The notes under the pieces: generated by a model
What the model saw: only the letters and a program-made list of their open reading frames with translations
Databases searched by the model: none
Told to the model about the DNA's origin: nothing
Position numbers and translations under genes: made by a program
Shown: positions 45,626-56,298 of the stretch, piece by piece
How the letters are laid out: every line of letters begins with the position of its first letter
Numbering within the stretch: position 1 is the stretch's first letter
IMG/VR virus record: IMGVR_UViG_3300027770_000038
Location: 1-64,000 of that record
Source: a virus
Lineage: Duplodnaviria > Caudoviricetes
Reading direction: 5' to 3' (one strand)
DNA: 64,000 bases

Positions 45626-46260
45626 GAGACAAGTTGTTTAATAAATGCATTTCTTCAGTTCATAATGCAAATTTAAATTTATCAAAATTAAATGAGCATG
45701 TTTTAAAACAAGAAGGAATGAGCAGTCAATTTCAAAGACACTTACTAAATAATGTTTGTGATTTTGATGGTTGTAAATATTTGGAAGTTGGTTCTTATCT
45801 TGGGTCAACAATATGCTCCGCAAGCTTTAAAAATAATGGAGATTTTTATGGAGTAGAAAATTTTAGTGAATTTGTCACAGAAAATGATTTTACAGCAACC
45901 CATAGAAAAGAACACGTTAGAGAAAATTTATATAAAAACATATCTGCATTAAATCAACCAACTGTAAAAATACTAGAGAAAAACTTTTTTACTGATAAAA
46001 TAGAATTAGATAAAAAAATAAACATCTTTTCTTACGATGGAATCCATCGCGAACAAGCGCATTTTTTAAATTTAAAAATAGCAAAAGATTTTTTAGATGA
46101 ATATTTTATTTATATTGTAGACGATTGGTTTTGTAACGTGAGTTTCCCCAAAAAGAACACCTTTAACGCAATAAATAGTTTTAATTTTGAAGTTTTATTT
46201 TATTCAGAATTGCTAGACAGAACTGGAACAGGCCTTTTCTTGCTCAAAAATTATAGATAA
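45622..46260 (+). CDS. class I SAM methyltransferase
   Basis: YLEVGSYLGST, FSYDG.H, IVDDW. Confidence 0.82.
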   Translation: MRDKLFNKCISSVHNANLNLSKLNEHVLKQEGMSSQFQRHLLNNVCDFDGCKYLEVGSYLGSTICSASFKNNGDFYGVENFSEFVTENDFTATHRKEHVRENLYKNISALNQPTVKILEKNFFTDKIELDKKINIFSYDGIHREQAHFLNLKIAKDFLDEYFIYIVDDWFCNVSFPKKNTFNAINSFNFEVLFYSELLDRTGTGLFLLKNYR

Positions 46261-46357
46261 AACTAATTTAGTTGTTCAAAATGGAAGCAAATAGCACTAA
46301 GCATAAATTAAAACGTGGCATATTTGACAAATGACAAAATAAAAACGATTATAGAGT

Positions 46358-46906
46358 ATGGCTAAAAAATTATATGAAATTGGAGTCGGTCATTTAGGAG
46401 TTGCTTATGGGGCTTTATTATGGGATAATCCAGAATGGGAGGTCGTGATGTTCGAACCTCATCCTGTATATTACAAAGATATTTTAAATGCTATCATAGA
46501 TAAAAAAAATGCTACTGTTCATAACGTGGCAATTGGTGATTTTAACGGAGAAGTAGAATTTTTTGAAAAAGACACAAGCTCTTTCATTAAAGACATAAAT
46601 TCTCCAATTTTACAAACAGGACATTCTACGGAACAATCTTTGAATTCCTTTGCAGTTCAAGTAAAAAAAATATCTGAGTTTGATAATGGCGATATTGATT
46701 ATTTAAGAGTAGACACGGAAGGGGCAGAGTATTTTGTTTTAAAATATTTAAAAAGTCGGCCAGAAATAATTAATATAGAAACGCACGGAGACAACGCTCA
46801 ATATATAAATCCATATCTTTATGAAATTGAAGAGTGGATGGAAAAAAATAATTACTCTAAAACATCTATAGATAACTGCGATTCAATATATAAAAGAAAT
46901 TATTAA
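46358..46906 (+). CDS. FkbM-family methyltransferase
   Basis: EIGVG, FEP.P, NVAIGD, IDYL.VDTEGAEY.VL, IETH. Confidence 0.85.
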   Translation: MAKKLYEIGVGHLGVAYGALLWDNPEWEVVMFEPHPVYYKDILNAIIDKKNATVHNVAIGDFNGEVEFFEKDTSSFIKDINSPILQTGHSTEQSLNSFAVQVKKISEFDNGDIDYLRVDTEGAEYFVLKYLKSRPEIINIETHGDNAQYINPYLYEIEEWMEKNNYSKTSIDNCDSIYKRNY

Positions 46907-46908
46907 TC

Positions 46909-47220
46909 ATGAATAAAAAAATTAATATTAACTATGAAGATATAGTTAAAAAACACATCTTGTACACCTTTATTAATCAATACAGTAATCAACTTTCGCA
47001 TTCAGATTTACTAGAACTTCTTTTTAAAATCTTTTCAAGAAAAGAAAAAGCCATTCAAAGATTAATTAAATATGTAGAAAGCGAAGTGGAATCAAAAGAA
47101 CGGCCAATAAAAAAAGTTTTAAACAACATATCAATGTTTGCTATCCTTTTCGCAAGATACATAAATAAAAATGATGAGGGCGTATGGCTAGAAGGATATT
47201 CAGAAAACAAACCATTTTAA
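46909..47220 (+). CDS. hypothetical protein
   Basis: 103-aa ORF inside the glycan cluster. Confidence 0.5.
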   Translation: MNKKININYEDIVKKHILYTFINQYSNQLSHSDLLELLFKIFSRKEKAIQRLIKYVESEVESKERPIKKVLNNISMFAILFARYINKNDEGVWLEGYSENKPF

Positions 47221-47262
47221 ATATATAAGACAATACAGCGTATAAAATTTTTAATTAAAAAT

Positions 47263-47970
47263 ATGAAAATAGAATGTGTCTGCGTCTCCACCGATCATGA
47301 GGATTTTTTAGAAAATGTCATTCCTTTAAATAAAAATCATTTTGATGAATACCATATAGTAACGAAAAAAGAAGATTATAAAACTATCGATGTCGCTAAT
47401 AGACATGGAGTAAATCTTATTTTCTCAGAACTTTTCACAAAAAACAATAAAAAATTTAATAGAGGCGCTGTCTATAACGAAGTCTTTAAAAAATTAAAAC
47501 ATAACGATTGGGTCGTGCTTTTAGATTCGGATATAGTTTTACCTTCTAATTTTAGAGCTTGGTTTCAATATTTTAATGAAGAATGCTTTTTTGGAGCCAG
47601 AAGGATAGACGTACCAACAAAAAAATTATTTTTAGAAATAATTGAATCTAAAAAGGTTCCAAATGATAGCATCGTTTTCAGAGGCTATGGGTATGGATAT
47701 TTACAAATTTTTAATACACAGTCAGAAGTATTTAAATCTCTTGGAGAATCCCCCTATTCAGAATGCTACGATACCGGAGAAGGAGATTGGATTTTCAGGA
47801 ATCAATGGGGAGATCTAATATATAATCCACCTCTTAACGATAATCCTCATGCAGAAAAAAATAGTAATGATTTTGGAAGCAATCTCTTAAGAGAATGCCC
47901 TTTTCAAGTTTTGCATTTGGGTATCCCCGGTGTTAATGGCAACCAAAGACGAGTAGAAAGATTTGAATAA
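47263..47970 (+). CDS. GT-A glycosyltransferase
   Basis: FNRGA.YN, WVVLLDSDI.LP, GYLQIF, HLG. Confidence 0.75.
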   Translation: MKIECVCVSTDHEDFLENVIPLNKNHFDEYHIVTKKEDYKTIDVANRHGVNLIFSELFTKNNKKFNRGAVYNEVFKKLKHNDWVVLLDSDIVLPSNFRAWFQYFNEECFFGARRIDVPTKKLFLEIIESKKVPNDSIVFRGYGYGYLQIFNTQSEVFKSLGESPYSECYDTGEGDWIFRNQWGDLIYNPPLNDNPHAEKNSNDFGSNLLRECPFQVLHLGIPGVNGNQRRVERFE

Positions 47971-48556
47971 TATGGGGAATATAAATAAATTTAAAATACA
48001 AGATTATATACAAAAATATAATACGTTAACGTTTTTTGAAACTGGATCTGGCGAAGGAAAAGCAATAGGAGAAGCTAGGAAACACAAATTTCAACAAATT
48101 TTTTCTACCGAAATCATTGAAATGCAAGTCTTTAGGCTTAATGCTTATTTTTCAAAAGATCCAAGAGTTTGCATTTTGTGTGGAAATAGTCCTTCTATTT
48201 TAGAAAAGATACTACCTAAAATAAAGACAAATATTTTGTTTTGGTTAGATGCCCATTATCCGGGAGCAGATATAGGATTGGCAAAGCATGATGACGAAAA
48301 GAATTTAAATATAAGACTTCCATTAGAAAAAGAAATAGAAGTTATTTTTAATACAAGAAAAGATTTTAATGATGTTATTCTTTGCGATGATTTAAGGATT
48401 TACGAAAGCGGCCCCTTTCAAAGTAAAAACATGGATGAAGCCGGTTATGGACATATTAAAAAATACGGGCTTGAATTCATGGAAAAATTAAATGATAAAT
48501 ATAAAATCATAAAGCATTATCAAGATGAAGGATATTTAGAAATTATTCCTAAATGA
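47963..48556 (+). CDS. SAM methyltransferase-like protein
   Basis: FFETGSGEG, STEI, G.S..IL, FWLDAH, ILCDDLR. Confidence 0.75.
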   Translation: MNNMGNINKFKIQDYIQKYNTLTFFETGSGEGKAIGEARKHKFQQIFSTEIIEMQVFRLNAYFSKDPRVCILCGNSPSILEKILPKIKTNILFWLDAHYPGADIGLAKHDDEKNLNIRLPLEKEIEVIFNTRKDFNDVILCDDLRIYESGPFQSKNMDEAGYGHIKKYGLEFMEKLNDKYKIIKHYQDEGYLEIIPK

Positions 48557-49377
48557 AAAAAGCAATAGGCTTTAACTTGGGGCAGAGAGGCGATTTATGT
48601 ATGAATAGTGTCGTCGCTAGGCAGCTTAAAGAGCAATTACAAGACGTACACCTAATTCTTGGAATTGCAAAAAAATACGCAGACACCGCTCCGTTGTTTT
48701 TCAACCACCCACATATAGACAGCATTCATATATATGAAGGATACGACGATTGGCCCACGCAAGAAGATAAAAAATATTTAATAAATCAAAAATTTGATTT
48801 AATTTTTCACGGCCTTCCTAATCATACAAGAGACGATTGGTGGAAATTTTTTCATCAAACAGAAGAGGTTTGCTTAATGAACGGACTTAATAAACCTAAA
48901 TCAACAAAATGTTTTTTAACAAAATGGTTTGATACAGAAAAAGGATTTAAAAACTTCATCGCTTTCGCTCCTTTCGCTGGATTTTATAATAAAAAAAACA
49001 ATGAGAAAACTCTTTCTTTTGAAAAAGCTCAAACAATAGTAAATGACATAATTTCACTTGGATATAACGTCCTTCAACTTGGCGGTCCCGACGAACCACA
49101 ACTTAAGGGCGCAGTTAAGATAAACGTTGATTATTTTTCTAATATCAAAAATATGCTTAGTTGTAAGGCGTTAATACATACAGACACTGGGTGTGGATGG
49201 ATTGCGTCAGCTTATGGATTCCCATGTGTTGGTTTGTATTCTAATCAATATTATGGAAAAGAATTCGTCAAAAATATACAGCCCACAAACGAAAACTCAA
49301 TTTATTTAGACGATATTTGCTGCAATTCTATAGATAATATAAAAGTAATACAGGCTTTAAAAAATATTTTTTTATGA
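48553..49377 (+). CDS. GT9 (heptosyltransferase-like) glycosyltransferase
   Basis: RGDL, NHPHID, VLQLGG..EP, IHTDTG..WIASA...P.VGLY. Confidence 0.78.
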   Translation: MKKAIGFNLGQRGDLCMNSVVARQLKEQLQDVHLILGIAKKYADTAPLFFNHPHIDSIHIYEGYDDWPTQEDKKYLINQKFDLIFHGLPNHTRDDWWKFFHQTEEVCLMNGLNKPKSTKCFLTKWFDTEKGFKNFIAFAPFAGFYNKKNNEKTLSFEKAQTIVNDIISLGYNVLQLGGPDEPQLKGAVKINVDYFSNIKNMLSCKALIHTDTGCGWIASAYGFPCVGLYSNQYYGKEFVKNIQPTNENSIYLDDICCNSIDNIKVIQALKNIFL

Positions 49378-50057
49378 AAAATAGAGAATACGGAATTCGA
49401 ATGGGCGGGAACGAGTATGATTTTGAAAACCTCATTTCATCATATGTTTCTAATTTAGAAAAAAAACAACAGTTCTCCTATCTTGAAGTAGGGATCGCAG
49501 ACGCTAAAACCTTTAAATGCGTTTTTGATATCGCCAAAGAAAATAATAAAAATGAAGCTGACTTATATTTTATAGGCGTTGACATAAAACCTGCGTACAT
49601 AAGCGAAGCCAAAGTTTGGAATGCGACATATGGCGACGAATTAAACGTCATAACCATAGAAGATCCAAAAATAAATTATGATGAGTTAATTAAACAAAAT
49701 CATGCGAACTTCATAATTTGCGAGGCAAATGAATTCCTTAAGAATTTTTTAATTAGAGAAATAGATATTTGCTTTATTGATGGATGTCATGGATATGAAT
49801 GCGTAAAAAACAATTTCTTAAATGTAGAAAAGAAAATAAAAAAAGGCGGATATGTTATTTTCCATGATTCTGGATTTCTAGAACAAGGAAGCGATTATCA
49901 ACCACATTGCAATGACTGTATAAATGTTAGAAAAGCTATTAAAGAAGTAGGCCTTTTGGATAATAAATATGACGGTTGGTGCTATATCAAAGAGACTCAA
50001 GGCTCAAGGAAAATAGGACTAGACGGGAATAGTTCTTCTATATTTAGAAAATTATAA
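49374..50057 (+). CDS. class I SAM methyltransferase (Methyltransf_24-like)
   Basis: YLEVGI, GVDI, IDICFIDGCH.Y, GGYVIFHD. Confidence 0.85.
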   Translation: MKNREYGIRMGGNEYDFENLISSYVSNLEKKQQFSYLEVGIADAKTFKCVFDIAKENNKNEADLYFIGVDIKPAYISEAKVWNATYGDELNVITIEDPKINYDELIKQNHANFIICEANEFLKNFLIREIDICFIDGCHGYECVKNNFLNVEKKIKKGGYVIFHDSGFLEQGSDYQPHCNDCINVRKAIKEVGLLDNKYDGWCYIKETQGSRKIGLDGNSSSIFRKL

Positions 50058-50076
50058 AATACAAAACTTAAGTTAG

Positions 50077-50910
50077 ATGAATGTTAAGTATACAGAAATT
50101 ATAGAACAATACGGAAAATTTAAAATTACTCCGGGATATGGTAATCTCTCGGATAATTTATTTTTGACTCCGTTAATGAAAAAATTTCAAGATATCGAAG
50201 TCGAAGTAGCAGATGAAGAGGTTAACATTTCAAGAGCGCAAGTATTTAATAATTTAGCTAATGTGCAGATTAAAAAAGTAACAGAAATAATTAAAACAAC
50301 CCCAATTACGAGAGGCAAGACTCATATATCTCAAGCTATTTTGGATTATTACGGTATTGAAGACGTTAATTATTTGCCATTTGTTAAGGTCACTCAAGAA
50401 GAAATTGAATGGGCAAAAAAGTTTTTAGAAAAATACTCTAACCCTTTAGCCATCGTACCTACAAATAGCTGCTCTTGGGACAGAACAAATTATTTCGCTC
50501 AAGTACGAACTTTTAATTTTGAAATGTGCAAGTTCTTTATCTCTCATTTTGGTAAAAAATACACGCTTTTACAGTTTGGAGTCGATTCTAATTATTATAA
50601 AACGATGACGACAAGTTTTTTTAATTTGCCTAATGTCGTTCATATTAAAAATTTAAATATAAGACAGCTTGCCGCTTGCTATTATGTAATTGGGAAAATA
50701 ATAAGTTGCGATACTGGCGATCCTTATTTAATGGTTGCTGTCGGCGGTAAAGTTCTAGAAATGGTCCCAATGGATATACCTCATATCTATAAGCACTGGG
50801 AATATAATTATGTTGACGAAAGTTTATGGAAAGGCGAAAAAATCAGAGCTAAATATTTTGATATGAAAGACTATAAAAAAACACTAGAATATATAAATTT
50901 TGATTTTTAA
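50077..50910 (+). CDS. GT9-like glycosyltransferase
   Basis: GNLSDNL.LTPL, L.IRQLAA, ISCDTGD.YLM.AVG. Confidence 0.68.
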   Translation: MNVKYTEIIEQYGKFKITPGYGNLSDNLFLTPLMKKFQDIEVEVADEEVNISRAQVFNNLANVQIKKVTEIIKTTPITRGKTHISQAILDYYGIEDVNYLPFVKVTQEEIEWAKKFLEKYSNPLAIVPTNSCSWDRTNYFAQVRTFNFEMCKFFISHFGKKYTLLQFGVDSNYYKTMTTSFFNLPNVVHIKNLNIRQLAACYYVIGKIISCDTGDPYLMVAVGGKVLEMVPMDIPHIYKHWEYNYVDESLWKGEKIRAKYFDMKDYKKTLEYINFDF

Positions 50911-50990
50911 AATGAAGGAACTTAAAGATAAGCGCTATATAACTAAGCATTATTAAAACAAAGAATATTTAGAAATTGTTCTTAAATAAA

Positions 50991-51797
50991 ATGAAAGATA
51001 AACAAATAATTATTGGTTCTCAAGGAGGAGGACTAGGAGACAACTTGCAGATAACTCCTCTTTTTAAATATTTTGAGAATGGAACTTTAGAAATAATTAA
51101 TAATGATTACGGTAAAGACCTTTCTTCGGTTTATGAAACAATTGCTAAAATTGAATTTAAAGACAGCCCAATAAAACAAGAAATTTTTTTCTCTAAATAC
51201 GGCAATCCTGAACGGTCAAAGGCGTTGAGGAACGGAGCCTTAAATTATTTAACTATATTTGGAATAGAAAACGAAGTTTCTCCAATCCCTAAAGTCAATT
51301 TAAATCTAGAAGAAATTCAAAAAGCTAAACAAAAACTATCTAATTATAAAAATCCAATAGCATTAGTCACATATGGTGGAGGATATAAGAAAGACGACAC
51401 CCTTCAGATGTATCCAGAATATCGACTCCTAGCAAAAGAAAAATGGCAATTTATAGTAGACCAACTTAGCCAAAAATACACAGTATTACATTTTTTCAAA
51501 GGAGAAAATTTAATGAAATTAGAGAACTGCATAGAAATAAATAACCTTTCTATTTATGATCTAAAGCATTATTTTGCAGTTATAGGCAAATATCTAGGGA
51601 TAGACACTGGTTCTTATCATCTTATGTTGGCAGTAGGAGGATTTGCTCATGCGATTGTACCGGATTTATCTTGGCAGCATCAATATTATCCCCCCAATTG
51701 GCAATACGACGAAGAGCTATGGGAAAAAGAAGGCAGTATGAGAGTTAAATATTACAATAAAGACAGAGAATGGCAAAACGTTTTAAATTATCTATAA
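50991..51797 (+). CDS. GT9-like glycosyltransferase, paralog of 50077-50910
   Basis: GGLGDNL.ITPL, LGIDTGSYHLMLAVG; start set to MKDKQ. Confidence 0.72.
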   Translation: MKDKQIIIGSQGGGLGDNLQITPLFKYFENGTLEIINNDYGKDLSSVYETIAKIEFKDSPIKQEIFFSKYGNPERSKALRNGALNYLTIFGIENEVSPIPKVNLNLEEIQKAKQKLSNYKNPIALVTYGGGYKKDDTLQMYPEYRLLAKEKWQFIVDQLSQKYTVLHFFKGENLMKLENCIEINNLSIYDLKHYFAVIGKYLGIDTGSYHLMLAVGGFAHAIVPDLSWQHQYYPPNWQYDEELWEKEGSMRVKYYNKDREWQNVLNYL

Positions 51798-51801
51798 AAA
51801 T

Positions 51802-52560
51802 ATGAATATAAATTATCCAGACCAAACAAAAAATATAACAATTTATAAAACTCAAGATGATAAAAAATGTTTAATTTTTTCTGTATATGGCGACGGCGGA
51901 AGATCACAAGAAGAACTGAAAAGACATCAAGTCGTGATGGATAGCCAAGAAAAAGTATTTGCAAAATTAAATATCCCATTAAATAGATTCTATCATAATT
52001 TTAATTACTACGGAATGGGCCCTAAAATAACTGAAATAGTTAATTCTTTAATTGATAAAATAGACTATTTTATTATTCTAGATATTGATATATGCCCTTT
52101 AAGAAGCACTTTTGTTAGTGATATTATTGATAAAATCAAAGACGGAAACACTGTCTTTGGAGGAGCGCAACAATCAAATCATATCGCCGTAAATGGTACA
52201 AAAAATCATTTGTATGCAAGCCTATCATTTTTTGGCATTTCTTCGGCTATATATACCAAATTAGGATTTCCAAGTTTTGAAAGTAATCACAGAGGAGACG
52301 TAGCAGAAGAAATTGGGTGGATGATCGAAGAAAAAGGACACAACCTGTGTTTATCTTTCCCGTCTTCTTTTATTGAAACGACTACTGAAGAACAGCAAAA
52401 GTATGGAGTCCCAGCATTTTGGGATTTAGGCAATGGACATAAGTTCGGACTAGGAACCACTTATGGAGATTATGTTTTTCATGCAACGATGCAAAGTGTA
52501 CCGAGAAGCACTGATTTATTTGTAGAAAAATGTATTGAAGTTTTAAAAAGCAACATTTAA
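51802..52560 (+). CDS. GT-A-like DxD protein
   Basis: FIILDIDICPL, RGDVAE, FGLGT.YG..VFH. Confidence 0.6.
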   Translation: MNINYPDQTKNITIYKTQDDKKCLIFSVYGDGGRSQEELKRHQVVMDSQEKVFAKLNIPLNRFYHNFNYYGMGPKITEIVNSLIDKIDYFIILDIDICPLRSTFVSDIIDKIKDGNTVFGGAQQSNHIAVNGTKNHLYASLSFFGISSAIYTKLGFPSFESNHRGDVAEEIGWMIEEKGHNLCLSFPSSFIETTTEEQQKYGVPAFWDLGNGHKFGLGTTYGDYVFHATMQSVPRSTDLFVEKCIEVLKSNI

Positions 52561-52562
52561 AA

Positions 52563-53477
52563 ATGACAAATATAATATTTGGCAAAAATGGCTTCGTAGG
52601 CAAAAGTGTTGAGACGACAGGAGAGACCCCAACAAAAAACGAATGCGATTTAAAAAATTACGAATCGACTTTATCTTATTTAAATAAATTTAAAGATCAA
52701 AAAATTAATATTATAAATCTTGCCGCAAAAGTCGCAGGAGTACTTTATAATAAAAATCACAATGTAGAAATGCTATATGAAAATACTTTAATATCATTAA
52801 ATTTAATCAAAGCAATAAAAGAGTTGAATCTTGATTGTTATCTCCTTTCAATATCTAGTGTTTGCGCTTATGATGAAACACTTACAATGGAAGAAGGTAA
52901 ATATTTCAATGGGCTTCCATCAGAAAATAATTTTGGATATGGAATTTCAAAGAAAATTTCTTATCTATCGGCGAAAGCTTTACAGATAGATAATCCTAAT
53001 TTTAAATTCGCTTGTCTGATTCCTACAAATATGTATGGAGAACATGATAACATAAGCCCACAGTTTTCGCATGTTGTTCCCGCTCTATTTATGAAAATGC
53101 TTAAAAAAGACGAGGAAGAGGCGAATATTTTTGGAAACGCAAATAACGTTAGAAATTTTTTATATGTAAAAGATCTAGGCAGAGTTATTGATTTTTTCGT
53201 TAATAAACAAGCTGAAGGATATTATAATATGGCTTCAGACGAAGGAGTAAGTATTTTTGATTTAACAGAAAAAATAAAAAATATTACAAACTGCACAAAA
53301 AAAATAAATTTTAATTTTTCAGGACAATCGAATAGTAGGATTGTTAAAAATGATAAAATAAAAATCTTTTATCAACAACATGGAAAAAATTTACAGATTA
53401 CCCCTCTTGACGAAGGTTTAAAAAATACTTACGAATGGATTAAAGATAAAAAATATGAAATACCCTCTACAAACTGA
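52563..53477 (+). CDS. GDP-sugar epimerase/reductase (Fcl/ColC-like)
   Basis: G..GFVG, DL, LAAKVAG..YN, SSVC.Y, YGISK, PTNMYG.HDN, SHVVPAL, R.FLYV.D. Confidence 0.85.
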   Translation: MTNIIFGKNGFVGKSVETTGETPTKNECDLKNYESTLSYLNKFKDQKINIINLAAKVAGVLYNKNHNVEMLYENTLISLNLIKAIKELNLDCYLLSISSVCAYDETLTMEEGKYFNGLPSENNFGYGISKKISYLSAKALQIDNPNFKFACLIPTNMYGEHDNISPQFSHVVPALFMKMLKKDEEEANIFGNANNVRNFLYVKDLGRVIDFFVNKQAEGYYNMASDEGVSIFDLTEKIKNITNCTKKINFNFSGQSNSRIVKNDKIKIFYQQHGKNLQITPLDEGLKNTYEWIKDKKYEIPSTN

Positions 53478-54624
53478 TAACTTTACTTTTTGGGACAGAG
53501 TTAAAGCAGCTTTGTTCGTGCTTAATAAAAAGAATAGACTGACCACTGGGCCAAAAGTTCTTGAACTAGAAAGAAAATGGGAAAAAATTGCTGGTATCCA
53601 AACAAAATGCGTTGCTGCTTCTTCTGGGTCAACAGCTAACCATCTCTTGGTTGAAACGTTTATTCAAAGCCTTAATCTTAATCCCAAAGATATTATAGTT
53701 TTCGTTCCATCGACTACTTGGGCATCGTCAGTAAGCCCTTGGATAATGAGAGGATGCAAAGTCGTTTTTGTAGACATTAATCTTGGGGACTTTAGTTTTA
53801 ATTATGATGAATTAGAAAAGAAGCTTGAATCTTACAAAAATCCAAAAAAGATTAAAGTAATCTGGCCTACCGCATTGATTGGTTTCGTTCCTAACATAAA
53901 TAAGTTAAAAGAGCTAAAAGAAAAATACAATACATATCTATTTGCTGATCTTTGTGAAACTACAATGGGAAACTATTATGGCAAAAATATTCTTAGTTGT
54001 TTTGATATGGCGACTACTTCTTTCTTTTGGGCACATCAAATCTGCGGAATTGAGATGGGAATGCTCTTTATGCAAGAGAGCTTTATTAAGAACTCTGAGC
54101 TTTATATAAACGCCCAAATGATTCGCAGTCACGGCTTAACTAGAGTGCTTCCAAAAGGCAATGTAACTCGAAAGACAATAGAAGACAGCGCACCAGAAGT
54201 TGATCCTGAGTTCTTGTTTTATAAAATAGGCACTAACTACAGGACTACTGATTTAAATGCTTTTTTTGCATTGATGGATACAGAAAAGTATTATGCATAC
54301 ATAAACGAAAGACGAGAGATCTGGGAATATTTTATCGCTAATCTTCCTCTAGAATATAGAAAACTTAATTTAAATATCGTTCCTTTTTGTCTTCCTTTAA
54401 TAAGCGAAACTAAATCAATCAAGGAAATAAAGAAAAAATTAAACGAAAACGGATGGGAAACTCGTCCAGTGATTTGTTATCTGCCAATTAATCCTGCGTT
54501 TGAACAGTTCGCCAAAGGAGAAAGGTTTCCAAATAGTAAATTCTTAAATGATAATGGATTTTATGTTGGATTAAATAAAGATATTACTTTCAAAGATATC
54601 GACAAACTGATTTCTCTACTATGA
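53455..54624 (+). CDS. PLP enzyme, ColD-like GDP-4-keto-6-deoxymannose 3-dehydratase
   Basis: DegT fold (SSGSTAN, D.CE..G); His at the catalytic Lys position (SFFWAHQI..IE.G); RSHGLTR.LP like ColD RAHGWTR.LP. Confidence 0.75.
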   Translation: MKYPLQTDNFTFWDRVKAALFVLNKKNRLTTGPKVLELERKWEKIAGIQTKCVAASSGSTANHLLVETFIQSLNLNPKDIIVFVPSTTWASSVSPWIMRGCKVVFVDINLGDFSFNYDELEKKLESYKNPKKIKVIWPTALIGFVPNINKLKELKEKYNTYLFADLCETTMGNYYGKNILSCFDMATTSFFWAHQICGIEMGMLFMQESFIKNSELYINAQMIRSHGLTRVLPKGNVTRKTIEDSAPEVDPEFLFYKIGTNYRTTDLNAFFALMDTEKYYAYINERREIWEYFIANLPLEYRKLNLNIVPFCLPLISETKSIKEIKKKLNENGWETRPVICYLPINPAFEQFAKGERFPNSKFLNDNGFYVGLNKDITFKDIDKLISLL

Positions 54625-55541
54625 AAATAGCTTCATTTGGAGCTAGATTTTTTGGCGGTCAAATTTCTAGAATAGAAGAGGGCTTTTGTAAATTAGGACA
54701 TGAAATTAATTTTGAATGCCCTGACGTTATTTTCAGTAATGATCCGGGTTTTTATGAAAAAGCATACAAGTTAAAAGAAAAGAACCCAAAAGCAAAACTA
54801 ATATTTAACGTATTAGACCTGCCTCCTCATTATATAGACGAATCTAAATACGACATCTCTAGGTATCCTTACATAAATAACCCAAATAGAGACTTCAATC
54901 CAGAAAAATTAATAAACTGGCTTAAAAAAGCAGATATTATTACCTGTATTTGCGAAGAAGTAAAATGGCAGATAAAAAAGTGGTGCGGATTTGACAGTGT
55001 AGTTATTTTCAATCCAATCAAAGATGTTTCTTTTTTAAATCTTCCTCTACAGAATAAAGCGAAGAATCAAAGAGGCATTCCTTATAAATACCTATACGTT
55101 GGAAGAGCTTGCGATATGAACAAAAGATTCAATCTCGTTTATCAAGCAATAGCTAAACTTGGAGACCCTGCTGACTCTTTAGCTATCATTGGCTCAGAAA
55201 ATCCCGGTTGGGGAGACTATTATGGCGTATTTGAAGATGAAGTTTTAAATTACTTTTATAATTCTGTAGAGTATTTAATGTTTCCTTCTGCTTTTAAATC
55301 TATTGGTCTGCCAGCTTTAGAGGCTGTAGTTTGCCAAACAATTCCAATAGTAACTAATGACGATCCAGTAACCAAAGAGTTTTGGGCCGAGATAGGAGTA
55401 GATGCCAATAAAATTGCAGAATCAATTTCAAACCCTGACTGGAATCAAAAAGCTAAAAAATTTGTAAAAGACAACAGCGACCTATATAAACAAAAATTCG
55501 ATAAAGTGACTATCGCTGCTAACATATTAAATCTACTATGA
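54621..55541 (+). CDS. GT4-family glycosyltransferase
   Basis: LYVGR....KRF, MFPS...IGLPALEA. Confidence 0.75.
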   Translation: MKIASFGARFFGGQISRIEEGFCKLGHEINFECPDVIFSNDPGFYEKAYKLKEKNPKAKLIFNVLDLPPHYIDESKYDISRYPYINNPNRDFNPEKLINWLKKADIITCICEEVKWQIKKWCGFDSVVIFNPIKDVSFLNLPLQNKAKNQRGIPYKYLYVGRACDMNKRFNLVYQAIAKLGDPADSLAIIGSENPGWGDYYGVFEDEVLNYFYNSVEYLMFPSAFKSIGLPALEAVVCQTIPIVTNDDPVTKEFWAEIGVDANKIAESISNPDWNQKAKKFVKDNSDLYKQKFDKVTIAANILNLL

Positions 55542-56296
55542 AAATTGGAATTTTAGGATGTGGTTATGATTGCGTAAACGATTTAGACAATAGGCTGGCT
55601 CCTTGGTTTGAAGCAGCAAAAGAATCTGACATAATCTTTTCTTTCGTCTCTTGCATGTTTAAAGAGTATAAAGATATAAACATAAATACTGATAACTCTA
55701 AAACCATTCAGTATTTTCAAAAATTAAAAGATAATGGATTTATTCAGTTTTTTAACACTAGCGAGACGGCATTGATAGAGTCTGACGCTAGAAATTTGGC
55801 ACTGTTTCCTCTGTTACAAGAAAAAGTTGATTGCGTCTGGCTATTAGATTTGAGCGATGAATACTATTCTTTAAAAGAAATAAAAGCAATAATCTCTTAT
55901 ATATCTAACGAGAAGTTCAACCAATGGTATGGTATCAACTTTAAGAATTATATATTAGACGGCAAGCAATGGATTGACGACTTTTGCCCTCCAAGAATAT
56001 TCTTTAATTCTAGAGGTTTAAATTTGGTTAAATTTTATTGGGATAATGACATGATATATACAAATGGAATAGATGAGCTTAACTATAAATATTTAGTAAA
56101 TCAAAAAATCCCAAAACATTATGCTCATGTCAAACATATGACTTGGTTGCACTCAAATGGAAAACTAAAAGTAGAATATCAAAACAAACATTTCGGCCAT
56201 TGCTCCTATAAATGGAATCATGAAACTAATGAATTAGAAATAGATAGAAGCTTTTTTGTAAAAAACAATATCCCTCAACCTATAATACATACATAA
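55538..56296 (+). CDS. GT2-like glycosyltransferase
   Basis: E.DARN.AL, WLLD.SDE.Y, PPRIF. Confidence 0.65.
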   Translation: MKIGILGCGYDCVNDLDNRLAPWFEAAKESDIIFSFVSCMFKEYKDININTDNSKTIQYFQKLKDNGFIQFFNTSETALIESDARNLALFPLLQEKVDCVWLLDLSDEYYSLKEIKAIISYISNEKFNQWYGINFKNYILDGKQWIDDFCPPRIFFNSRGLNLVKFYWDNDMIYTNGIDELNYKYLVNQKIPKHYAHVKHMTWLHSNGKLKVEYQNKHFGHCSYKWNHETNELEIDRSFFVKNNIPQPIIHT

Positions 56297-56298
56297 CA

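Noticed and set aside
46324-46357. sigma70 promoter before the FkbM methyltransferase
   Set aside because: TTGACA is present but the correctly spaced -10 (GATTAT) is poor.
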